Shown here: in pieces, positions 55,523-63,334 of the stretch
Numbering within the stretch: position 1 is the stretch's first letter
How the letters are laid out: each line of letters starts with the position of its first letter
Made by a program: the position numbers and the translations under genes
Notes under the pieces: generated by a model
What the model was told of the DNA's origin: nothing
Seen by the model: only the letters and a program-made list of their open reading frames with translations
Databases searched by the model: none
Source of the DNA: Clostridia bacterium
GTDB taxonomy: Bacteria > Bacillota > Clostridia > Oscillospirales > CAG-272
Length of the DNA stretch: 64,000 nucleotides
Assembly (NCBI GenBank): GCA_017938205.1
Contig: JAGBCA010000058.1
Coordinates: 53,564 to 117,563, forward strand
Direction of reading: 5' to 3'

Positions 55523-55576
55523 TTGACAAATACATCATATGATGTTATAATGAATTATAAAAACATCAGATGATGT
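55523..55576 (+). promoter_or_regulatory. consensus promoter with two palindromic operators
   Basis: TTGACA (55523-55528), 17-nt spacer, TATAAT (55546-55551). The perfect palindrome ACATCATATGATGT (55532-55545) fills the spacer. The near-copy ACATCAGATGATGT lies at 55563-55576. Confidence 0.65.
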
Positions 55577-55608
55577 AATTTGTATTGTTTTAGGAGTGTG
55601 AGAGAAAA

Positions 55609-55878
55609 ATGGAGCAAATACTGGAAAAACTATGGAATCAATACTTTTTTGAACAATGCGCGGCAATAGAAACGGAAGAGGAACGAGACCTCATAAAAAA
55701 AGCCGCCATGCTGCACGAAAAAGCAAACAAGCTTATAAATCGGGAGCAAGAGGATGCTGTGGAAAATTACGTGAATGCTTTATGCGAAAACGAATCGTTT
55801 TTTTTGAAAAAGGCGTTTTTCAAAGGCGTTCGCTTTGCATTCTCCCTTCTTTTAGAAACAGAGCTCTTAGAAAAATAA
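55609..55878 (+). CDS. small helical hypothetical protein paired with the XRE regulator
   Basis: 89 aa. Driven by the operator-bearing consensus promoter. No catalytic motif recognised. Confidence 0.55.
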   Translation: MEQILEKLWNQYFFEQCAAIETEEERDLIKKAAMLHEKANKLINREQEDAVENYVNALCENESFFLKKAFFKGVRFAFSLLLETELLEK

Positions 55879-55904
55879 AAGGGCTCCCTTGTGTAAAGGG
55901 AGCT
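55872..55904 (-). terminator. terminator downstream of the thiamine diphosphokinase gene
   Basis: gctccctt pairs with aagggagc (55883-55902). A T-rich tail follows on the minus strand. Confidence 0.6.
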
Positions 55905-55989
55905 GTCGAGCGACTGCGAGACTGAGGGATTGTTTTCTTGTTTTTTCGCTTTCGTGAATGTTATCTTGAACGTAGAAAGCGCAATGCTA

Positions 55990-56610
55990 TTATACGGAAG
56001 AAAGCACGGCAAGGAGAATGCCCTTCTCCACCGTGAGCGTGACGTATTTCCCAAGCGCGGTATTGGAAACGCCGAGGGGAAAATCGTTTTTGAGCGTTCC
56101 CTTCGAGAGCGCATAGGCCGCTCCCTCGATCGTAACGCCCTCCGCAATTTCGGAAAGCGAGAACACGCCGAGCGACTGCCCGGGAAGTGTTTTCAGCGTG
56201 ACGGTGCGATCGGCAAAGGCCAGCATCCGTGCATCCGCGCCCACGAGCGCGGCGGTTCTTCCCTCTGCCGCAATACGGCGCAGAAGCTGGAGATTTGCGA
56301 TCGTATGATCGGCGCGGCCGCCGAGGCCGCCGTAGATCTCAAAATGCGCATATCCGCGCTTCACGCCCTCAAGATAGGCAAGATAGGTATCCGTTTCGTC
56401 CTTTTTGACGGGAAAGCGGCAGAGCGGAATCTCAGAGGGCACCGTACACTCCAGCGAATCAAGATCGCCAACCAGAAGCTGCGGCGTTTGATTCTGTGCA
56501 AGGCAGGCACGGAGCCCACCGTCCACCGCGATCAGAAGATCGTCCTTTCCAATGGGAGGCAGAGGCGCGACCTCGCCTGCACCCACGAGATAGCAGATTT
56601 TTTCATTCAT
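55990..56610 (-). CDS. thiN: thiamine diphosphokinase
   Basis: 206 aa. GDLDS, KDETD and GGRADH motifs of the TPK family. Confidence 0.85.
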   Translation of the reverse strand: MNEKICYLVGAGEVAPLPPIGKDDLLIAVDGGLRACLAQNQTPQLLVGDLDSLECTVPSEIPLCRFPVKKDETDTYLAYLEGVKRGYAHFEIYGGLGGRADHTIANLQLLRRIAAEGRTAALVGADARMLAFADRTVTLKTLPGQSLGVFSLSEIAEGVTIEGAAYALSKGTLKNDFPLGVSNTALGKYVTLTVEKGILLAVLSSV

Positions 56611-56615
56611 ACCGT

Positions 56616-57872
56616 TCAGTCCTTCAGCATTTCTTCGAGAGCGGTCATCACACCAAGCTTGCCGTATTCATAGGTCAGCCCTCCCTGCATGTAAGCGGTG
56701 TAGGGCGGCGTGAGCGGTCCGTCGCAGGAAAGCTCGTTGGTGGCACCCGTCACGAAGGTGCCTGCCGCCATGATCTCCTCGTGCGGGTAGCCGGGCATCT
56801 CGCCGGGCTCGGGCACGCAGTAGGCCTCCACGGGAGAGCCCATCTGAATGCCGCGGCAGAAGCGGATCAGGTTTTCGGCGGTACCGAGATCGATGGTCTG
56901 CACGATGTCGGTGCGGATCTCATCATAGCGCGGAGAAACCGAATCAAAGCCCGCAAGCTCCAAAAGGCGCGCGGCAAAGGCCATGGATCTCAAAGTGGAG
57001 CAAACCGCCGCAGGTGCCATGAAAAAGCCCTTATAAAAAGAGGCAAGCTGATTGAAGTTTGCACCAAGGCTCTTTCCCACGCAGGGCGCGGAGAAGCGCT
57101 CGGCAATATCCTCGATCACGTCGTGGTGGCCAACGCAGTACGCACCGCTGACGGCAAAGCCCGCGCCGAGGTTTTTCATCATCGAGCCAACGAAAACGTC
57201 CGCGCCCACCTCGGTGGGCTCTCTGTCCTCGCAAAACTCGCCGTAGCAGTTATCCACCATCACGACCGTTTCGGGCGATACGCGCTTGATCAGGGCGATC
57301 ACGCGCTCGATCTTATCCATCGTAAGGCTCTTGCGCTGCGAATAGCCGCGGCTGCGCTGAATGGCGGCCACGCGCACGAAGTCCTTTTGCAGGCGTTTTT
57401 CGATCGCCGCGTAGTCAAAATCGTTGTCCACGAGGTCGATCTCTTCATAGAGCACGCCGCAGCGAATGAGCGAATTGCGGCTCTCTCCCGCCGTTCCGAT
57501 CACGGAACGAAGCGTATCGTACGGCTCGCCCGAAATATAAAGCAGGGTCTCGCCGTGCTTGAGAAGTCCGCCGAGGGTGACGGCCAATGCGTGCGTGCCC
57601 GACATCAGCTGCGGGCGCACGAGGGCATCCTCCGCGCCGAAAACACGCGCATACAGTGCCTCAAGCTTATCTCTTCCGTCATCTGTATAGCCGTATCCCG
57701 TCACCTCCAGAAAATCGGTGGTGGAAACGCGAAGATCGCGGAATGCGGCAAGCACCTTAGCCGAGCATTTCATGCAGTTTTCTTCAATTTTTGCAAACAC
57801 TTCTTTACAATCCGCCTCAGCTCTTGCGGCAAGATCGATCACTTTTTGACTGAAACTATGTCCTGTATACAT
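56616..57872 (-). CDS. PLP-dependent methionine gamma-lyase family protein (YnbB / aluminium-resistance-like)
   Basis: 418 aa. Family-typical N-terminal half (GYGYTDDGRDKLEALYARVFGAEDALVRPQLMSGTHA). Confidence 0.75.
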   Translation of the reverse strand: MYTGHSFSQKVIDLAARAEADCKEVFAKIEENCMKCSAKVLAAFRDLRVSTTDFLEVTGYGYTDDGRDKLEALYARVFGAEDALVRPQLMSGTHALAVTLGGLLKHGETLLYISGEPYDTLRSVIGTAGESRNSLIRCGVLYEEIDLVDNDFDYAAIEKRLQKDFVRVAAIQRSRGYSQRKSLTMDKIERVIALIKRVSPETVVMVDNCYGEFCEDREPTEVGADVFVGSMMKNLGAGFAVSGAYCVGHHDVIEDIAERFSAPCVGKSLGANFNQLASFYKGFFMAPAAVCSTLRSMAFAARLLELAGFDSVSPRYDEIRTDIVQTIDLGTAENLIRFCRGIQMGSPVEAYCVPEPGEMPGYPHEEIMAAGTFVTGATNELSCDGPLTPPYTAYMQGGLTYEYGKLGVMTALEEMLKD

Positions 57873-57881
57873 TCTTCTTCC

Positions 57882-58574
57882 TCACATTTTTTCTAAAACG
57901 CCGAGAAGCTCTGAAAGCTCTCGGATCTCTGCGGTGGGCACAAGCTCTGCGCTTGCCTGCTTTCCGTGCGGATTGAACCAAACGCTCCTGATCCCCGAAA
58001 CGATACCACCCTTGATATCCGAGGTCAAGCTGTCGCCAACGATCACGGCCTCCTCGCGCTTAAAATCGGGGATCCTTGCAAAGCAGGCCTCAAAATATGC
58101 AAGCGAGGGCTTGTTGTGCCCTACCTCCTCGGAAACGAAGCGCTCCTTGAAGTATTTTCCGATCCCTGCGGAGGCAACGCGCCCTGCCTGCACGGCAGCA
58201 ATGCCGTTGGTGGCAAGATAGAGCGTATATTTCGGATAGAGTGCCTCAAGCAGCGCCTCTGCGCCGGGAAGAAAATAATGCCCCTCGGCAAGATGCCCCT
58301 CATATACCGCAGGTGCGCGCGTAGCATCCGCCCGACCGGAAATGCCGAGCGCGTCAAAAAACTTTTTAAACCGCATAGCGCGAAGCTCCGTGCGCGTGAT
58401 CTCCGCACGCTCCAATGCTTCCCAGCAGCTTTTGTTGATCTTACTGTAAAGCGCTTTGTTTTCCTCCGTTACCGGAATGGAAAACTCACGCAGCGTTTTC
58501 TCGATTGCCACGTCCTCCGCCTTATGAAAATCCAGGATCGTGTCATCCAGATCCAAAAATACGTGTTTGATCAT
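57882..58574 (-). CDS. HAD-IA family hydrolase (YjjG-like nucleotidase)
   Basis: 230 aa from ATG 58574. Motif I FLDLDDT and motif IV VGDS. The ORF-track N-terminal extension is a translation of the repeat element. Confidence 0.8.
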   Translation of the reverse strand: MIKHVFLDLDDTILDFHKAEDVAIEKTLREFSIPVTEENKALYSKINKSCWEALERAEITRTELRAMRFKKFFDALGISGRADATRAPAVYEGHLAEGHYFLPGAEALLEALYPKYTLYLATNGIAAVQAGRVASAGIGKYFKERFVSEEVGHNKPSLAYFEACFARIPDFKREEAVIVGDSLTSDIKGGIVSGIRSVWFNPHGKQASAELVPTAEIRELSELLGVLEKM

Positions 58575-58656
58575 AGAGTTACCTTTCTTTACAAGAAGCG
58601 GAGGCCGACGCAGATGCTTCTGCAGCAGCCTCCCAGTTTTATATAACTTCACAAGT

Positions 58657-58768
58657 ACCGTCTGCGCGCGCAGAAAATTTCGGATGATAAGGTTTGATTT
58701 TCGCAGAAGGCGTACGAGGGTACGTCGATGCAAAAATCGGGCCTTTGCGCCGAAATTTTCCAGCCGCA
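58657..58768. repeat. dispersed fourth copy of the structured mosaic repeat
   Basis: Same layout as copy C at 20924-21036. Outer stem gaaaatttcgg (58673-58683) pairs with ccgaaattttc (58750-58760). Apical ggcgtac-GAGG-gtacgtc hairpin. Confidence 0.8.
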
Positions 58769-59923
58769 CTATACGTCAGCTTCTCGGTTTTCGAGGGCAG
58801 CCAACGCCACGCGGAAGGCCTTCGCCGCCGTCATACGTGCTTCCTCATCCTCGGATTTGAGGAGCGGAAGGAGCTTGCGGTATACCTCGCCTGCGGCGTT
58901 CATATCTCTTGCAAAATGCTCTGCTCCGTAGAGAGGCATGGTTTTATCCACCAGATCGAAATAATAAAGACCGAAGGCATCACATTCAAGATTTTTCGGA
59001 ACGAGGAAGCGCGGCGCGATCTCACCAACGAGCTGAACGCGCAACGCGGTCTCCATACCGTATTTTTTATCGCTGATCACCTTGGTGATGCGGTTGATGA
59101 TCTCGTTGCCGGTGTCCACGCCTGTAATATCGATCGTTTCGGTAACAAAGCGAAGGCGGCCGAAGGAAAGCTTCTTAACGTCAATGGAAAGCTCACCGTC
59201 GTTATAATCCACCACGATCAGGTTTGCGCCGCCGATGCCCGTATTTTCAAAGCCCGTGCATTCCAGCGAGCCGCAGTAGCTATAGATCACGGAGTCGCCG
59301 ATCTTCATAAAGTCGCTCGCCTCGTGGCGCGAGCCGAGCGCATAGTAATCCGCACCGAACTTCTTCAGCTCATTTTCGGAGAGGGGGCATTGATCGGATT
59401 CAATGCTGCCGCCGAGATCGCCGTAGCCGCAAACGAGGTTAATACGGGAGGAATCGTCCACCTCTTTCTCGTAGAGCGGGCTTTCCGTCATCGTTTCGTT
59501 CATGAAGGCCCAGCCGTACACGGTAACGTTAAACTGCTCAAAATCGAAGCGGGAAAGCGTGTCCTTTGAGAAAACGTACACGTTGGAGGGCAAGCGGCCG
59601 GAGGTGTAGATCGGGTTGTTTTCATAGTAATCGGAGCGACCGGGGGAAATGATAAACACGGTCTCCGAGCAATTGCGGAACTCACGGATCAGAACCTCGG
59701 CGGTGGTATTGGTGGCATAGCGGTTATCAAAAAGATCGCCGCTGATCAGCACCACGTTTACGCCGCGATCGCGAACGTATTGCATCATGCGCATAAAGGA
59801 GGAGCGCAGCTCTCTGCGTCTCTCATCACATTTTTCAGCCGTCAAGCCCACCGTGGGCGTATCCAGATGAATATCCGAGCAATGCAGAAATCTCAAGTGC
59901 GTATTTTTGCTGTTTTCGCTCAT
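58769..59923 (-). CDS. SbcD/YhaO-like metallophosphoesterase (DNA repair exonuclease family)
   Basis: 384 aa from ATG 59923. Calcineurin-like phosphoesterase motifs HCSDIHLD and SGDLFDN. Confidence 0.8.
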   Translation of the reverse strand: MSENSKNTHLRFLHCSDIHLDTPTVGLTAEKCDERRRELRSSFMRMMQYVRDRGVNVVLISGDLFDNRYATNTTAEVLIREFRNCSETVFIISPGRSDYYENNPIYTSGRLPSNVYVFSKDTLSRFDFEQFNVTVYGWAFMNETMTESPLYEKEVDDSSRINLVCGYGDLGGSIESDQCPLSENELKKFGADYYALGSRHEASDFMKIGDSVIYSYCGSLECTGFENTGIGGANLIVVDYNDGELSIDVKKLSFGRLRFVTETIDITGVDTGNEIINRITKVISDKKYGMETALRVQLVGEIAPRFLVPKNLECDAFGLYYFDLVDKTMPLYGAEHFARDMNAAGEVYRKLLPLLKSEDEEARMTAAKAFRVALAALENREADV

Positions 59924-60037
59924 TCGTTCTCCCATCCTTTTCTTCCGTGCAAGCCGGAATTTTCTATCTTTCCATTATAGTATAGCATTTCTCTTTTCCT
60001 TTTGCAATAATTTTAGCAAAAAAACTTGCAAAATGTC

Positions 60038-60066
60038 TTGCAAGAGGCAAAAAAATGTGGTAAAAT
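60038..60066 (+). promoter_or_regulatory. promoter of the methyltransferase-like gene
   Basis: TTGCAA (60038-60043), 17-nt spacer, TAAAAT (60061-60066), with a TG extension. The -35 lies inside the palindrome CTTGCAAG. Confidence 0.5.
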
Positions 60067-60107
60067 AGTCTTACAAAAATCAAGGCAGAAATTTCGGAGG
60101 TAGAAAA

Positions 60108-61619
60108 ATGCTGAATTTGGCTTGCAGAAATACCGCAAAGCTGGTACGCGCCAGAGTGGGGAGCGAAAACGTTCGTCTCGGCCGTCTGTTCACGAAAAAG
60201 GACACCGCAAGACGGATGGCTGCGATGTTTTCTCTTCATGAGGAGAGAAATGCGTGCACGATCTTAGATCCCGGTGCGGGCACGGGCATTCTTTCTGCCG
60301 CGCTGATCGAGCGCATCTGCAAGGAAGCACCCCGTTGCAAGCAGATCTTCCTCACCTGCTATGAAAATGACGAGACCTTCCTCCCCATGCTGAAGGACAA
60401 TCTGGAGCGCATTCGCAAAAAGTGCCGTCACGATTATGACGTGCGCCTTTTTGTGACCGTTTATGAGGAGAATTACCTCACACAGGCGAAGGAGCACTAC
60501 ACCGTGCATTTCTTTGAGCGCGTGGAGGACACCTTTGATTATATCATCTGCAATCCCCCCAAGGAGCTCTGTGCCAAGGGCTCGGAGGAGGCCGAGGCCG
60601 TCGGCGGTATTTCCACCGTGAAGGCACACAGTGCGCTCCTCTTTGCCGAAACGGCGAAGCGCCATCTTGAAGAGGGCGGTCAGCTCGTGATCATGATGCC
60701 CACCACCATCGCCTCCGCCACCGAGCAAAGGCCCTTCCGCCTTTCTCTCTTCAGCGCCATGCCGATCACGGCGGTTCACCTTTTCATCGGAAAGCAGAAA
60801 AACGAGCGCCGCGCCGTTCCTCTGAAAAAGGAGTGCATTCTTGCCATGCGCAAGGGAGAGGCGCCCGAGAGCGTGCAGATCTATACCTCGGCGGATCACG
60901 GCGCACAGACAAGTGCTCTGCCCGTGATGCGCTACGATTTCGTAGTGGACAAGGATGGCCGCGGACTGACGCTGCCGAAGAGCCTTGAGGATGCAAAGAT
61001 CGTTCGCTATATCTCGGACTTTCCCGAAACGCTGGACAGCCTCGGCCTCAAGATGCACACCGGCCTCGTGCTGGATAACCGCTGCGGCGGTATGCTCTTC
61101 AACGATCCCGTGAAGGGCACGATCCCGCTTCTGCGCCCGGCCGCCATCGAGAAGGGCTACGTGCACTTCCCTGCCGCTGTGCCCAAGCAATACATTGCAC
61201 CAATATCAAAAAATCTCTTCCAGCCGAGCAAAAATATGATCCTGATCAAGCGCGTGCCTGCAAAGAGAGATGAGCGCTTCGTCAATGCGGGCATCTTTAT
61301 GTCCTCCCGTCTGCCCGCCTACCGCTTCGTCAGCACCCACAACAAACTCAACTTTATTGACACGAAGGAAAAGGGCGGCGAGATGTGCGCAAGACTGCTC
61401 TACGGTCTCTTTGCACTCCTCAATTCCACGATTTACGATCGCTACATTTCCATCGTCTCAAAATCCAAGCAGATCAACGCGAAGGAATTTAAGGATCTGC
61501 CTCTGCCGCCGCGCAATATTATTGAAAATATGGGCATGCGGCTTTTGGAGATCCGATCCACAGAAGTGCGGGTTTGTGACTCTATTGTAAACCCAACATT
61601 ACATATTAAAGAAAAATAA
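60108..61619 (+). CDS. N6-adenine DNA methyltransferase-like protein (Eco57I/TaqI-like) with atypical NPPK motif IV
   Basis: 503 aa. Motif I ILDPGAGTGIL (60261-60293). Motif IV reads NPPK (60552-60563) instead of NPPY/F/W. TaqI-like C-terminal recognition domain. Confidence 0.75.
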   Translation: MLNLACRNTAKLVRARVGSENVRLGRLFTKKDTARRMAAMFSLHEERNACTILDPGAGTGILSAALIERICKEAPRCKQIFLTCYENDETFLPMLKDNLERIRKKCRHDYDVRLFVTVYEENYLTQAKEHYTVHFFERVEDTFDYIICNPPKELCAKGSEEAEAVGGISTVKAHSALLFAETAKRHLEEGGQLVIMMPTTIASATEQRPFRLSLFSAMPITAVHLFIGKQKNERRAVPLKKECILAMRKGEAPESVQIYTSADHGAQTSALPVMRYDFVVDKDGRGLTLPKSLEDAKIVRYISDFPETLDSLGLKMHTGLVLDNRCGGMLFNDPVKGTIPLLRPAAIEKGYVHFPAAVPKQYIAPISKNLFQPSKNMILIKRVPAKRDERFVNAGIFMSSRLPAYRFVSTHNKLNFIDTKEKGGEMCARLLYGLFALLNSTIYDRYISIVSKSKQINAKEFKDLPLPPRNIIENMGMRLLEIRSTEVRVCDSIVNPTLHIKEK

Positions 61620-61641
61620 TTCAAAAAAAGAGGGACGCGTC

Positions 61642-62526
61642 ATGCCGAACTCCACCGCATATGAAGAAATTTTTTATTCCGCCCATTCCATAACGATCGA
61701 GAATCTATCCCTCACGGTTTCGCTGGACAATGGCAGCATTGAGGACCGTGTGGCCGACACACAGTCTCACAGCCACCCTGTTTTTGAGATCCAAGGAAGT
61801 CTTAGCGGCAGCTTTCTCGTGAAGGAGGCGGACGGTGCTTGTGCCACAGTGGAACGGGACACGCTCGTCCTGATCCCGCCCGAGGTCTATCACGGCATTC
61901 GTGCGAGCACCCCCGCAAAGAGATTCACGCTTCGCTTTTCCATGCTGCGCGCATCGGAGGAGGGCGAGGATCTTTACGGATGCTTTCGCTCTGTGCAAAC
62001 GCTGACCGTGCTGGAAAACGCGCCCGAGCTGATCTCTCTTATGCTTCGCATCCGAGAGGAATGCCTGCATCCCGGCGCCGCCTCTCTTTCGCTTTGCAAG
62101 ACCTATCTATCCGAATTTTTTCTTCTTTTATACCGCCGCCTCTCAGCCTCGAAGCTAACTGCGCACGCCAAAGCGCACACGCTTTCGGAAAGCGATGATG
62201 CCAACGCGCGGTATAATAAAATTGAGATCTTTATCAACAGCCACATCGGCGAGCCGCTTTGCGAGGAGCAGCTGGCAGAGTCTCTCGGGCTTTCCGTGCG
62301 GCAAACGAGCCGCGTGATGACGAGCATCTTCGGCATGAGCTTTAAAAAGAAGCTTCTGCAGATGCGCCTCCACCACGCCAAGAGCCTTCTCGCCACCACG
62401 CAGGATCCCGTGGAGCGCATTGCCGCCGCCGTGGGGTATACCTCTCCCTCCGGCTTTCACATTGCATTTCGCCAAGCCTTTGGCGTCACCCCGACAGAAT
62501 ATCGTGCAAAAAACGAAAACACTTGA
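61642..62526 (+). CDS. AraC family transcriptional regulator
   Basis: 294 aa. N-terminal cupin-like domain and a C-terminal double HTH (GYTSPSGFHIAFRQAFGVTPTEYR). Confidence 0.9.
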   Translation: MPNSTAYEEIFYSAHSITIENLSLTVSLDNGSIEDRVADTQSHSHPVFEIQGSLSGSFLVKEADGACATVERDTLVLIPPEVYHGIRASTPAKRFTLRFSMLRASEEGEDLYGCFRSVQTLTVLENAPELISLMLRIREECLHPGAASLSLCKTYLSEFFLLLYRRLSASKLTAHAKAHTLSESDDANARYNKIEIFINSHIGEPLCEEQLAESLGLSVRQTSRVMTSIFGMSFKKKLLQMRLHHAKSLLATTQDPVERIAAAVGYTSPSGFHIAFRQAFGVTPTEYRAKNENT

Positions 62527-62629
62527 ATTTTAGGACATATTTTTCAAAAAAACGGCCGAATCTTGGATTGTTTTTTTCGTAGATCTCCTTTATAATATTG
62601 AATGATAAAACATTCAAACGAGGCATTCT

Positions 62630-63334
62630 ATGAAAAAAGTTCTGCAATTTTTGATTTCGCGCCGTTTTTTGCTTATTCTGGCGGCCATCGGCATTACCAC
62701 CACCTACTGCATCTTCCCTTCCCCCTTTTATCTCGTTCTGCCGCTTTACGTTTCGCTCTTCGTTGGGCTTCTGACCTCCAAGGCAAGCCGCTATTCCTTT
62801 CTGATCGGAGGCTTAAACTCCATCCTCTATACGATCACCTATCTTTCCTTCGGCACGTATATGCAGGCGTTTTATGCGTTCTTCTTCTCCTGCCTGATGC
62901 AGATCGCGACCTTCTTCACCTGGTCAAAGCGTGCGTACAAGGATTCCACCGTGTTCCGAAAAATGACGAAAAAAATGTATATCGGTATTGGCACAGGCTT
63001 TGTTCTCACCTACATAGGTGCCACCACGGTCTTGACGCTTCTCGGCTCAAAATTCATTTATCTTGACACCTTCACCTCGCTTCTCAGCATTCTCGTAACG
63101 ATGATGCACCTCTTTTCCTTCCGCGAAACACCGTTTTTACATGCCGCAAGCTCCATCATCGGTCTTTCGCTCTCGATCGCTCTGGTGCTGGAGGATCCCT
63201 CACGCTGGCCCTTCCTGATCAGCGGTATTTACGGCGCGATCTGCGTTCTTCGCAGCACGTTTGCCATCCAAAGGCTCTATAAGGAGCAACAGAACGCAAA
63301 GAAAGCCGAAAGTAAAGGAGAAGCCGTATGCTGA
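62630..63334 (+). CDS. PnuC-like transporter
   Basis: 234 aa with about 7 TM helices. The LTSKASRYSFLIGGLNSILY...FFTW pattern matches the PnuC signature as I recall it. Confidence 0.55.
   Translation: MKKVLQFLISRRFLLILAAIGITTTYCIFPSPFYLVLPLYVSLFVGLLTSKASRYSFLIGGLNSILYTITYLSFGTYMQAFYAFFFSCLMQIATFFTWSKRAYKDSTVFRKMTKKMYIGIGTGFVLTYIGATTVLTLLGSKFIYLDTFTSLLSILVTMMHLFSFRETPFLHAASSIIGLSLSIALVLEDPSRWPFLISGIYGAICVLRSTFAIQRLYKEQQNAKKAESKGEAVC

Noticed and set aside
60021-60048. The repeated palindromes TTGCAA and CTTGCAAG at the methyltransferase promoter, considered as the enzyme's recognition site.
   Set aside because: This is pure speculation. TTGCAA is also simply a near-consensus -35 hexamer. I mention it only as a pointer within the methyltransferase finding.
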